This document shows, piece after piece, positions 1 to 9,273 of a stretch of DNA of 29,291 nt. The DNA comes from Candidatus Micrarchaeota archaeon (GTDB taxonomy: Archaea; B1Sed10-29; WALL01; WAMD01), in assembly GCA_964652335.1 (NCBI GenBank), contig CAZZDL010000010.1, forward strand, positions 1 through 29,291, read 5' to 3'. The notes below the pieces were generated by a model, which was not told where the DNA came from, ran no database searches, and saw only the letters and a program-made list of their open reading frames with translations. The position numbers were made by a program, and so were the translations under genes. Position 1 is the first letter of the stretch. Every line of letters begins with the position of its first letter.

Positions 1-20
1 GGCACAAGGCCACCTATCTC

Positions 21-89
21 ACCGACGATACGTCGGCTCGCGAAGGCCTACCTTGCGTAGTCCGCGGCGTAAACCGACGCGACGGTTTA
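21..89 (-). other. GC-rich multi-hairpin trailer downstream of tRNA-Leu (possible structured RNA)
   Basis: Minus strand: TAAACCG-TCGCGT-CGGTTTA, then CTAC-GCAAG-GTAG flanked by CGCG...CGCG, then GCCGACG-TAT-CGTCGGT. Much more GC-rich than the flanking genes. Confidence 0.45.
26..42. repeat. 17-bp direct repeat CGATACGTCGGCTCGCG, copy 1 (copy 2 at 29275-29291)
   Basis: Exact match read at both ends of the window. This copy sits in the hairpin CCGACG-ATA-CGTCGG (22-36). Confidence 0.95.
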
Positions 90-90
90 G

Positions 91-175
91 TGCGGGGGAC
101 GGGATTTGAACCCGCGCAGGCCTAAGCCACTGGATCCTGAATCCAGCCCGTTTGACCAGGCTCCGGCACCCCCGC
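91..175 (-). tRNA. tRNA-Leu(CAG)
   Basis: Acceptor GCGGGGG/CCCCCGC+A, anticodon arm CTGGA-TTCAGGA-TCCAG, long variable arm, T loop TTCAAAT; CCA not encoded. Confidence 0.97.
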
Positions 176-194
176 GTTGAATAAGCGTTAGAAA

Positions 195-974
195 TTAGAC
201 TTTCTCAAATTCAATCCCTATTTCTTCCAACAATCCTTTTATCATTACTCTCTGTTTTCCTTTTAGCCCCTTTTCATCTATCATTGCTAGATCAACACCA
301 TCACTTGTTTTTTCAACCATCTGTCTAACCAATTCTAAATCAAGTTTGTCAGCGTTATATTTTGGACATATATGGCTGAATGCTATGTTTTCCTCCATGG
401 GTGTGAATTTGGGAGCGTAATGACCTCCGCCAAATCCAATAGCTACTTCAGCCTTCTTTTTTCTATTTACACCAGCTAATATGGATTCCACAAGTACAGT
501 CACTGCATTCAGATCGTTCCATTCATTTTCAGTGGATCCGACTTCTGCAAAAAACATAGGGGTTTTGAATTCTGTGGGACCATGGTGGGTAACCTCTAGG
601 GTTACTGTGTATTCACTTGGTTGTCTTGATAACATTTCTAGGAATACATTCCTCATTCCGTTTGCAAATGTCATTTGTAATTCTCTTTCTCTCCCCCCAT
701 ATCTTGCATCACCGAAATTTCCAGTGGGATGAACACTCAGTGTCTTTATCCCTCTCTCTGCCTTGTGTCTAGAGATGACTATAAAATAATCGATTGCCAT
801 CTCTTCTGCTATCTCGTCCAGACCAGATATGTATAGAACATCCTCATCCTTTTCTATCACAACCACATCATTTTTAATCAAAAACCTATCCTCTGGCTTA
901 AAACCTTTATCTAGCAGTATAGGAAGAGCATTCCTGCCAACAACATCTGCCTTTGAGACAATTATCCCTATCAT
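195..974 (-). CDS. dtdA: D-aminoacyl-tRNA deacylase, archaeal DTD2 type
   Basis: Motifs SRH, LSVHPTGN, LEVTHHGPT, FAEVGS, GFGGGHYAPKF. Confidence 0.92.
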   Translation of the reverse strand: MIGIIVSKADVVGRNALPILLDKGFKPEDRFLIKNDVVVIEKDEDVLYISGLDEIAEEMAIDYFIVISRHKAERGIKTLSVHPTGNFGDARYGGRERELQMTFANGMRNVFLEMLSRQPSEYTVTLEVTHHGPTEFKTPMFFAEVGSTENEWNDLNAVTVLVESILAGVNRKKKAEVAIGFGGGHYAPKFTPMEENIAFSHICPKYNADKLDLELVRQMVEKTSDGVDLAMIDEKGLKGKQRVMIKGLLEEIGIEFEKV

Positions 975-1114
975 TCTAACGCCTTTAACTCACCGTTCTC
1001 ATGTGAGAATATTGTCTGGCATTTAGGACATAAAAAATAACCTGCCTTCTCTTCTAGGGCAATACTTGCCCCTGTTTCTGAAAAGCATTTAGGACACACA
1101 AGTTTGTATTCCAT
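971..1114 (-). CDS. 47-aa Zn-ribbon microprotein (two CPKC motifs); absent from ORF track
   Basis: Hand translation MEYKLVCPKCFSETGASIALEEKAGYFLCPKCQTIFSHENGELKALE. SD AGGTGG upstream, TATA-like TTTTATAA at about 1145-1152, ATGA overlap with the dtdA start. Confidence 0.85.
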   Translation of the reverse strand: MEYKLVCPKCFSETGASIALEEKAGYFLCPKCQTIFSHENGELKALE

Positions 1115-1154
1115 TCTCCCACCTATTATTTTCATGGTGGGGAATTATAAAAAA

Positions 1155-3047
1155 CTACCTCAGTCTTACAGAGTCAAGGGTCCTTGGTGCATCTGCCTCA
1201 ACTCTCGCCTTTTCTATACTCCTTGTCAGTGCTAACGCCTTCTTCTCTTCACCGTGGACAACCAAAACCTTCTGTGGTCTTGGAGTCAATTTCTTGAAAA
1301 AGCTAAGCAATTGGTTCCTATCTGCGTGACCTGAGAAACCTTCAACAGTCTCAACCCTCATGTTTATCTTTAATGCCACAGTCTTCCCGTCTATGGTCAC
1401 TGGTATCTCTTTGCCCTTTGAGTTCATTCCTAGGCTCTGTACTCTCCTACCTAACGAACCCTCACTCTGGTAACCCACAAACACAATGGCATTCTTTTCA
1501 TTCTCAGCCATCTTTTTGAAATATTCAACACTTGGTCCTCCTGTAAGCATACCAGACGGTGCTAGTATCACAGAATAACCTTCCTCTGTTATTTGATCCC
1601 TCTTGTTCTTGTCCACTTCTATGAATATATCTGAATCAAACGGTGAGTCATCGTGCAGTATTCTTTTCTGAACAGACCTCTTCATATACTCTGGATAGGC
1701 TGTGTGTATAAGAGATGCCTCCTTTATCATCCCATCTATATACACTGGTATGTCCCAATCATTCTTTCTTGCATATTCCTCTAATACTAGCATTATCTCT
1801 TGGGCCCTACCAATTGAGAACACAGGAACAAGAACGCTCCCACCATTGCTTGTTGTCTCGAGTATAGTTGATATCAGGTTTCTCTCACTAGTATATCTAG
1901 GTGGCTGTATATCCTGAGGTCCTCCGTATGTAGACTCCATTATCAGCGTTTCTATCCTTGGGTACCTGGTGTCTATCATGTCAAATAATCTAGTGTACCC
2001 GAACTTGAAGTCCCCAGTATAGAGAAGGTTATGGAAACCTTGCCCGATATGCAAATGCACTGCAGCGGAACCAAGTATGTGCCCGGCGTTATGGAATGTT
2101 AATCTTATGTCAGGAGTAATATCAGTGACTTCTCCATACTCCTTTACTATACAATGCTTCACAAACTCCTTTATGTCATCCTTACCGTATGGTGGATCTC
2201 TTCCTTCCCTTGCTGTGACCTCAATATAATCCATCATCAACAAGACGCTTAGGTCTCTAGTTGGAGGTGTACAATAAGTTGGACCTTCAAATCCATATTT
2301 GTATAGATATGGAACAAAGCCAACGTGGTCAAGGTGAGCGTGGGATATCACCACCGCATCTAACTCATCAAGTGGGAAATTTATAGAATCTAGCATAGGA
2401 TATGCCCTTTCCCTACTAGCTACATTTACCCCACAGTCTAACAGGATCTTTGAATTATTTGTTTCAAGCAGGAATGCAGATCTTCCAACCTCTCTAGCTC
2501 CTCCGAGCGGGGTTATCCTCACCCATTGTAGTTCTCCAATGTCTGAGTATATCCTTTCCCCTGTTTTCTTTAGGAATTTTTCAATTTCCTTTGCATGCTT
2601 GACTATTGTGTGTCTTACTCCGGTTAAGGTTGGAGACGGGTTGTTTGGTGATCTCCACAATTCAGGAATCCAGCCGGTTTTTATAGCAATATCCTTTAGG
2701 TTTTGTCCATGTTTTCCTATTACTAACCCAAGCCTCTTAGCTTCTATGTAAACCTTTCCACTTTCTGGGACAAAGAACATATCCCCAATTTCCGCCTCTT
2801 TTGGAACTATATCAAGTATTATCTCCTTAGCCTTTTCAGGATCCTTCCTAATGGATGGGTCCCCTCTAACATGCACTCTCTTCTTTAATTCTGAAGCTAT
2901 ACTCCTGACTATGCTTTCATCCTCTATCAATTCCTCTAGGTTTTTTGTCAATATTATTATCTCGCTACCTTCTGGGAAGATCTTCGTTATTTCAGCACTA
3001 CTAGGCATTAACTCGTTTATCCTAGCCTCTAGGCTGGAAAAATCCAT
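1155..3047 (-). CDS. fttA: beta-CASP ribonuclease aCPSF1 / termination factor FttA (KH + MBL + beta-CASP)
   Basis: KH motif GLVIGKHG, GGAREVGRS, HAHLDH, NAGHILGS, MESTYGG, GFSGHADR; adjacent to psmB as usual. Confidence 0.95.
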   Translation of the reverse strand: MDFSSLEARINELMPSSAEITKIFPEGSEIIILTKNLEELIEDESIVRSIASELKKRVHVRGDPSIRKDPEKAKEIILDIVPKEAEIGDMFFVPESGKVYIEAKRLGLVIGKHGQNLKDIAIKTGWIPELWRSPNNPSPTLTGVRHTIVKHAKEIEKFLKKTGERIYSDIGELQWVRITPLGGAREVGRSAFLLETNNSKILLDCGVNVASRERAYPMLDSINFPLDELDAVVISHAHLDHVGFVPYLYKYGFEGPTYCTPPTRDLSVLLMMDYIEVTAREGRDPPYGKDDIKEFVKHCIVKEYGEVTDITPDIRLTFHNAGHILGSAAVHLHIGQGFHNLLYTGDFKFGYTRLFDMIDTRYPRIETLIMESTYGGPQDIQPPRYTSERNLISTILETTSNGGSVLVPVFSIGRAQEIMLVLEEYARKNDWDIPVYIDGMIKEASLIHTAYPEYMKRSVQKRILHDDSPFDSDIFIEVDKNKRDQITEEGYSVILAPSGMLTGGPSVEYFKKMAENEKNAIVFVGYQSEGSLGRRVQSLGMNSKGKEIPVTIDGKTVALKINMRVETVEGFSGHADRNQLLSFFKKLTPRPQKVLVVHGEEKKALALTRSIEKARVEADAPRTLDSVRLR

Positions 3048-3068
3048 GCTTCCACCTCAGAAATTTTT

Positions 3069-3680
3069 TCATATCTTTTCTAGATCCTTTCTAGTGTAAC
3101 TAAACTCCTGGAATCCGGACTTCTTTATCACTACAATGTCGGCCCCGTTTCCAGACATTACATCCCTTTCCATTGCAGCCTTCAAAGCTCTCAAGGCCAA
3201 TTTCATGTTTTCCTTTGTTGTGTTTGTCTCTTTGTAGCCCTCTTCTAGTACTCCATAAGCTATGGGTGAGCCTGATCCTGTTGCCACATACTTCTCAGGA
3301 AGTACAGAACCTAGAGCATCCAAGGAAAACAGCCTAGGCTCTGTGTCATATCCTCCCATCAGCAATTGGACGTAATATGGGAAAATTCTGTTCTCATTTA
3401 GAATATTACTAAGCAATGTTGCAGCTGCGAATACCTTCATTGGAACCTCTCTTTCTATCTGATACAAATTTGTTTGTACTTTCATTATCCTGACTAACTT
3501 TTGCGCGTCTGCAACGCTTCCAGCTGTTGTTATCCATATATGATCCTGTACCTTGAATATCTTCTTTGTTTCCTTATTTGCCACTAGGTAACCCATGGTG
3601 GCCCTTTTCTCTGATGCCAGAACCACACCATCTTTTGATACCAAACCTATAGTAGTAGTTCCTTTCCTGCTCTCTTCCAT
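3069..3680 (-). CDS. psmB: 20S proteasome beta subunit
   Basis: 7-aa propeptide then G^TTTIG, EKRAT, GSVADAQ, ATGSGS, ERDVMSGNG. Confidence 0.97.
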   Translation of the reverse strand: MEESRKGTTTIGLVSKDGVVLASEKRATMGYLVANKETKKIFKVQDHIWITTAGSVADAQKLVRIMKVQTNLYQIEREVPMKVFAAATLLSNILNENRIFPYYVQLLMGGYDTEPRLFSLDALGSVLPEKYVATGSGSPIAYGVLEEGYKETNTTKENMKLALRALKAAMERDVMSGNGADIVVIKKSGFQEFSYTRKDLEKI

Positions 3681-3722
3681 GTTAGCCCCCCTAGAATGAG
3701 CGTTATTATTCTTAGTTCCTTC

Positions 3723-3737
3723 ATTTAAAAACCTTTC
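3723..3737 (-). promoter_or_regulatory. BRE-TATA promoter for psmB-fttA
   Basis: Minus strand GAAAGG-TTTTTAAAT about 45 nt upstream of the psmB start. Confidence 0.65.
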
Positions 3738-4375
3738 TACTGGTATTTATATATCTCTATCCACTTAACAGGCTTTCCAAGGCTCATTAGCTCTTTAAGG
3801 CAAGAGGCCTTTCTCTCTAGATATCCTTTTCCCGCCGTGTTTGCATCTATCTCCACTGTTATCTCTTTGCCAACATTGGTTTTTGCGTTGTTAAAGTATT
3901 TCTCAGTTAGGGCCTTTACCTTCTCCTTTTCATCTTTTATTATATCTTTTATAGTTATATCAAAAACAAGGGTCTTACCTGCAAGTTCATGATTAAAGTC
4001 TACTTGCACCCTTCCTCCTGATACACTCAAAACCCTGGCAGGGTAACCATCCACATCAACAACCATTCCTGGTTTTGGGTCTATTCCTGCGTTTTTAAAT
4101 GCGGTTAATGGGACAACTCTGACCAATCCAAGATTTCTTTCCCCATAAGCCTTTTCAGGAGGTATTTCCACAGTTTTACTCTCTCCCTTTTCAGAACCAA
4201 TTATTGCCTCTTCTAATCCCTTTATCAAGTTTCCTTTGCCTACAACCACCACAAGTGGCCTTCCTTCTCTACCGAGCTTTTTAGCTATTTCCGGGTTACT
4301 TGAGTCTATTATGTCTCCTCCCTTTATCTTCCCTGTAAAGTCCACTATTACTACATCTCCTGCCTCAACTTTCAT
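3737..4375 (-). CDS. Long-type archaeal FKBP peptidyl-prolyl isomerase (SlyD-like)
   Basis: VDFTGK, LIKGLEEA, IPPEKAYGER, VDFNHELAGK, plus a C-terminal domain. Confidence 0.92.
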   Translation of the reverse strand: MKVEAGDVVIVDFTGKIKGGDIIDSSNPEIAKKLGREGRPLVVVVGKGNLIKGLEEAIIGSEKGESKTVEIPPEKAYGERNLGLVRVVPLTAFKNAGIDPKPGMVVDVDGYPARVLSVSGGRVQVDFNHELAGKTLVFDITIKDIIKDEKEKVKALTEKYFNNAKTNVGKEITVEIDANTAGKGYLERKASCLKELMSLGKPVKWIEIYKYQ

Positions 4376-4451
4376 ATATAACCCTCCGAGGTTATCTTTT
4401 TGAACCTGGGACTATTTAAATATAAGGGTTCAAAACAATGTAGGTGAGAGT

Positions 4452-5474
4452 ATGAACAAGAGAACAAAGTGGATACTATTTGTAGCAGTTATTGCGGCCC
4501 TTAGCGTATTATGGCCATTGAGTTATGTTCTCAGGCATTCCCCATCAAAGAACCCACAACTAGAGGAGGACAATAACACGGTGACCATAATAGAGGCTAT
4601 AGAGAGTTATAAGGCTTCAGTTACCGGGAATGTAACCAGCATATCACCAGAATTGCTTGTCGTTGCATACTCTGATTTTGGCTCCAGAGATGCAATAGCG
4701 AAACAAATAAGATCTCTTGGGGTTAGTGGAGTAAATGTCAGTAGAAGCGAGTCTGACAATGAGAATTTCATTTACCGTTTTGATATAATGGTAAACTTAA
4801 CAAATTCGTCAGATATTGGAAGAGTCTATTACCTTATAACTAGACTGTTGAACTTATCAATAGCATCAGCATTTGCCCCTGCCGATGTAACTCTTCCAGA
4901 TAATGCCACATTCTCAGGAGAATCTGGAGATGTAGTGCTGAACATTCCAAAAAACACACTAACATTTGTTTATCCTGGGACAAGGCTAGGTGAGAATCAA
5001 TTTACAGTCTATCTGGAAAAATCTGGACCTAGCATAAGGAGAGCCATTGCTATAGGAGGGACACCGTTTTTCATACCTGAAACAGAGACAGAGTACACAC
5101 CAGTTACAGGTAATGTTGTCTCTGAGGAGTTTGCAGTGGTTAAAGCCGATGTTTCAGGACTTGATCTAACAAAAATAAACGAAACAGAGCTTGGGGATAG
5201 ATGGAATGCAACTGTCAGTTTAGACAACACTTCAAATGCTAGCTATTTAATAGTTAAGGCAGAGCCGTCTAGACTGGACGAGTTGGAAAAAGCAGTATCA
5301 AGCGAATTTAATGTCATAGATTCATACTATCTTTCCAAAGTAAAGGTGGATATAGACAATTCTACGTATGTAGTGGATAATGTTATAACCCATGGCGAGA
5401 AGGAAGTGAGCTTCACGGCAAAGGTCACAAGAGCGTATGGATATATAGTAGATGTCAGCTACTTCAGCCCTTGA
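4452..5474 (+). CDS. Exported / membrane-anchored putative glycoprotein of unknown function
   Basis: Basic N-terminus followed by a hydrophobic helix; 12 N-x-S/T sequons counted; Val/Ser/Thr/Asn-rich; SD GGTGAG and TATA-like TTTAAATA upstream. Confidence 0.8.
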   Translation: MNKRTKWILFVAVIAALSVLWPLSYVLRHSPSKNPQLEEDNNTVTIIEAIESYKASVTGNVTSISPELLVVAYSDFGSRDAIAKQIRSLGVSGVNVSRSESDNENFIYRFDIMVNLTNSSDIGRVYYLITRLLNLSIASAFAPADVTLPDNATFSGESGDVVLNIPKNTLTFVYPGTRLGENQFTVYLEKSGPSIRRAIAIGGTPFFIPETETEYTPVTGNVVSEEFAVVKADVSGLDLTKINETELGDRWNATVSLDNTSNASYLIVKAEPSRLDELEKAVSSEFNVIDSYYLSKVKVDIDNSTYVVDNVITHGEKEVSFTAKVTRAYGYIVDVSYFSP

Positions 5475-5781
5475 GACGTAATATCGCCTCTGCTACATCA
5501 CCTGTCTCTTCCAGCGCCTTCTTGGCTTCTTCCTCACTTACTCCTGTTTGCTCTATAACAAATTTTACATCTTCTTCTGTTATCGTCTTTACGCCAATCT
5601 CTCCAGTTATCTGAAATGTCTTTATCCCTTTCATATCTATTTCTGTAACCTTTGGATTTTTTACTATTATATCTCCATCATCTGTTTTTATTATTACTTC
5701 CTTTGCAGCTATGTCCTTCGTTTTTATTCCTAGCTGTCTGAACATGGCTTGCATCTGTCTTGGATTCATTCCAGGCATCAT
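5464..5781 (-). CDS. nac: Nascent polypeptide-associated complex protein
   Basis: MNPRQMQAMFRQLGI, NPKV, TFQITG, and a C-terminal UBA-like segment EEDVKFVIEQTGVSEEEA...GDVAEAI. Confidence 0.95.
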   Translation of the reverse strand: MMPGMNPRQMQAMFRQLGIKTKDIAAKEVIIKTDDGDIIVKNPKVTEIDMKGIKTFQITGEIGVKTITEEDVKFVIEQTGVSEEEAKKALEETGDVAEAILRLKG

Positions 5782-5841
5782 CTAAAATCACCTAGTTTTT
5801 CTAGACAATAGTTAAAAATAATACTTTCGTTAGTTTGTAGG

Positions 5842-6483
5842 ATGAGATTAATAACGAACAAGTCTGATCTGGAAAAATATTTACCAGCCTCATGGGCAGA
5901 GGGATTTATGCAGAGGAAGAAGGCAGTAGAAACATATCTAGAGACAGGAGGGATAATAAAGATAGGAGAGCACAAGGGAAACTGGCCAAGGCTTATTTAT
6001 CCAACTAAGGAAAAGCTTAGACAGGAGCTTGATGAAGTAGAAAAGGAGCTAGCCAAACTAGACAAGCAATTGGCTGAGGCAAAGCGTAGGAGAAACAGAC
6101 TTCAGACTACGCCAGGCAAGATGGTTAAGGTAGCCATGGACCCACTATACTGGGAGCATAGAATGAAGTTGTTGAAGGACAGAGAGTATAGAGAGGTGTA
6201 TGAGTTAGTAAGACCACCATTTCATCTAATGCATATGCCAGAATGGAGAAAAAGATTAGAGGTTTTTGTTAAAAGTGCAGAATACAGAGCAAGGCTAAAG
6301 GAAGCGAGGCTTAGCAAGATAGGTAAGAGAAGAGAACTGCTTGATAAGGAAGTAGAAAGGAGAATGGACTTTAGCAGATCTGTTGTTGATGGTTTAATTG
6401 AAAAGCTTGAAGCAAAGAGAGATAAGCTGGTCAAGCGCGCAGATGCGTTGAGGACATTAATGGGATGGGCGGAAGCTAGCTAA
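5842..6483 (+). CDS. Hypothetical charged coiled-coil protein
   Basis: 213-aa ORF with host-like codon use (AGA/AGG, GAA/GAG); heptad-like segments at about aa 55-88 and 165-205; no family recognised. Confidence 0.8.
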   Translation: MRLITNKSDLEKYLPASWAEGFMQRKKAVETYLETGGIIKIGEHKGNWPRLIYPTKEKLRQELDEVEKELAKLDKQLAEAKRRRNRLQTTPGKMVKVAMDPLYWEHRMKLLKDREYREVYELVRPPFHLMHMPEWRKRLEVFVKSAEYRARLKEARLSKIGKRRELLDKEVERRMDFSRSVVDGLIEKLEAKRDKLVKRADALRTLMGWAEAS

Positions 6484-6676
6484 AGATCAGCCATAGAAAT
6501 GGCTTCCCGTACAAGCTTAAACTAATTATTTCTAGTACAGTTGGTATTATGAATGCCAAGAACACTGTTAAGTTTGGATGCTCGTCTAGCCTATATCCTC
6601 TTTTTGCGTCAGCACTTGCTATGACAACAGATATGAATATGAAGTTTATGAGCCAGCTTATTATTGTTTCAATCAT
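6476..6676 (-). CDS. Small two-TM membrane protein, unknown function
   Basis: Two hydrophobic stretches with a polar loop; overlaps the hel308 stop; SD-like GGAG upstream. Confidence 0.65.
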   Translation of the reverse strand: MIETIISWLINFIFISVVIASADAKRGYRLDEHPNLTVFLAFIIPTVLEIISLSLYGKPFLWLIFS

Positions 6677-8726
6677 TTAGCATCTCCCTTGTTAATTTCT
6701 TTCCAATAATCTTTTCCAATTTATCCTTTTTAATCTTTCTAATATCAGCCACCTTTTTTACGCCTAGATTGTACAATCTTCTAGCTCTTATTCTCCCAAT
6801 ACCTCTCACAGCAATCAACGGCAATAATTCTTCCTTTACTCCATATCTTATTCTTGTCATCAGTTTTTTGAACTCCTTTTCCTTTTCACTACCTACGAGT
6901 CTAGCTAGTTCAGAGGCAGAATACGCCATCCACTCGGCATTGGATATATACGCCCTCAATATCCCTGGTGCAACATTGTATTTTTCTAGTATCTCCTCTT
7001 CTGTCTTTTCATTTATCCAGTCCTTTATCATTAGCGCAGTTTTTATCTTGTCTAACAGCAGATAGTCTTCAAACCCAAGGGACGTTACCTCAAACCCAAG
7101 TTCGTTTTCATTTAGTAGGGCTAGCTCCCACATGTCCTCCTCTTCTTTTTTCTTTACAGATAGGTATGGACTCATTTCAATTGTATCAACTACAGCATAA
7201 ATGAAACCAAGTTCTCCCATATCTCTACTGAAGGAATTAATCAATTTCCTAGCAGAGTATGGATCTATGTATAATTCACTCACTCTGGCCCCAAGCCTAG
7301 TTGGAGTTATCTTTTCTCCAATATTAACGAATCCCCATCTTGCTAGCTCTTCCACAACACTCCTTATTTTATTCATGAGATAGTCTGGATCTCCGTATTG
7401 ATGGGCAAAGAAGGAGTTCATAAACAAGGCATTTAATCGTTGATAATCATGAGCTATGTGCATCGCCACAGCGGACAAAACATGGCTTCTCAAAACAGGT
7501 TCCTTGCTAAACTGAGAGTAGACCGTTTCTGGTTCTCCGTTTATGTATTCTTCCCATAGTATCTCCTTTTCATTTTCTGATCTTGCTATTAGTATTGCCA
7601 GACCCTTTTCTGAGTAACCTGGTCTTCCAGCTCGTCCACCACACTGAAAGAATTCTCTTTTTGGTAATCTGATTAATCCCCTTGGTGTATATCTAACTAG
7701 AGACTTCATTATCACTACGTCGGCTGGCAGATTCACACCCATTGCAAGGGTTGGAGTGGCACATATTAGTCTGATCTTTCCATCTCTAAACGCATCTTCC
7801 ACAATCTCCCTTTGCTCTGCTACCAGTCCAGCGTGGTGAAAGGCAGTTCCCATTGACAGACATTTTGACAATCTCATGCATTGTTTTGTTGGAGGGTTCA
7901 CTGCAGTCAAAACCTTTTTAGCTAAAGATTCTTCAAAATCGTAATTTTTTGCTATTTTACCTAACCTCTCCGCTGTTGCCTCTGCACCTTTCCTTGTTTG
8001 TGTAAATATCAGCATGTTTTTTCCTTCATTTAGGAAATGCTTAACTATTGCGTTCAAAGGGTCCTTGCTAGGTTCTATTTCAATTGTTCCATCTGTTGTT
8101 TCCAGTATCCCGTCTAGATATACTCCCTTTACTAATTTGACTGGTCTCCAATTACTTTTTACCATTTGTGCATTAAGCCAATCAGCAATTTCCTCTGCGT
8201 TTGGTATTGTTGCTGAGAGCGCTATGATCTGTGTTTTTGGGAACATATACTTGAACTTCATTATTATTGATTCTATTGTTGGACCTCTGTCAGAATCTAT
8301 TAGGTGTATTTCATCTACGATGAGAAGGTCAACATCTTTTATCCATTGCGCTCTGTGTCTCATTAATGAATCTAGCTTCTCATTAGTTGTTACAATGACA
8401 TCGTATTTTCCTAACCATGGATCACTTGAATCCAGATCGCCTATACTTATTGCAATCCTTTTTCCCATCCTTTCCATGGATTGAAATTCTTTGTATTTCT
8501 CTGTTGCTATTGCCTTTAGTGGGCAAGTATATACAGCTTTCCTACTATCCAGGATTGCCATTTCAGCAATGAACGTTTTCCCAGATCCTGTTGGGCTGGC
8601 TACGACTAGGTTTGATCTATTTTCTAGAAACCCAGTCTCAATAGCTCTTTCCTGAACAGGGTTAAGTTTTTCTATCCCATTTTTTTCCATCAGGTCTCTT
8701 ATGCTCTTTTTTATCTCAACTCCCAT
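6669..8726 (-). CDS. hel308: Ski2-like DNA helicase Hel308/Hjm
   Basis: SPTGSGKT, DEIH, LSATIPN, FHHAGL, TPTLAMGVNLP, QCGGRAGRP, C-terminal HhH GIGRIRARRLY. Confidence 0.95.
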   Translation of the reverse strand: MGVEIKKSIRDLMEKNGIEKLNPVQERAIETGFLENRSNLVVASPTGSGKTFIAEMAILDSRKAVYTCPLKAIATEKYKEFQSMERMGKRIAISIGDLDSSDPWLGKYDVIVTTNEKLDSLMRHRAQWIKDVDLLIVDEIHLIDSDRGPTIESIIMKFKYMFPKTQIIALSATIPNAEEIADWLNAQMVKSNWRPVKLVKGVYLDGILETTDGTIEIEPSKDPLNAIVKHFLNEGKNMLIFTQTRKGAEATAERLGKIAKNYDFEESLAKKVLTAVNPPTKQCMRLSKCLSMGTAFHHAGLVAEQREIVEDAFRDGKIRLICATPTLAMGVNLPADVVIMKSLVRYTPRGLIRLPKREFFQCGGRAGRPGYSEKGLAILIARSENEKEILWEEYINGEPETVYSQFSKEPVLRSHVLSAVAMHIAHDYQRLNALFMNSFFAHQYGDPDYLMNKIRSVVEELARWGFVNIGEKITPTRLGARVSELYIDPYSARKLINSFSRDMGELGFIYAVVDTIEMSPYLSVKKKEEEDMWELALLNENELGFEVTSLGFEDYLLLDKIKTALMIKDWINEKTEEEILEKYNVAPGILRAYISNAEWMAYSASELARLVGSEKEKEFKKLMTRIRYGVKEELLPLIAVRGIGRIRARRLYNLGVKKVADIRKIKKDKLEKIIGKKLTREMLND

Positions 8727-8760
8727 CCTTATTTAAATGGGATTTGAACAATAAAATAAC

Positions 8761-9273
8761 ATGGATTACTCAATGCTTGTTACTGCCATATTGTACATAA
8801 TGCCTGCCTATATAGCTAATGCGGCAGCAGTGATATTTAGGGGTAAGACAAGGATAGATCAGGGCCAAAATTTCTTTGATGGCAGACCCATACTAGGAAA
8901 GGGCAAGACAATAGAGGGATTTTTGATAGGATTCTTATCTGGGTCTGTATATGCGATCATCCAGTTTAGCATTATTGGATTTCCATCAATGTGGACTGGT
9001 GTTCTGTTGGCATTTGGTGCAATGACTGGTGACGTAGTTGGGAGCTTTGTCAAGAGGAGATTAAACCTTAAAAGTGGAGAGTTAGCTCCTTTCTTAGATC
9101 AATGGGATTTTGTCTTTGGAGGATTTTTCTTTGTGTATATAGGTGAGATGTTTGGGGTGGCTCATCTTCCAAGCTTAACTGTATTGCTTATAATACTTGT
9201 AACAACTGTGTTTATCCATCTTATCTCAAATATATTTGCTTACCTTATTGGCATGAAGGAGGTCCCATGGTAA
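8761..9273 (+). CDS. carS: CDP-archaeol synthase
   Basis: PAYIANAA, DGRPILGKGKTIEG, GDVVGSFVKRR, FLDQWDF, C-terminal KEVPW. Confidence 0.93.
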   Translation: MDYSMLVTAILYIMPAYIANAAAVIFRGKTRIDQGQNFFDGRPILGKGKTIEGFLIGFLSGSVYAIIQFSIIGFPSMWTGVLLAFGAMTGDVVGSFVKRRLNLKSGELAPFLDQWDFVFGGFFFVYIGEMFGVAHLPSLTVLLIILVTTVFIHLISNIFAYLIGMKEVPW

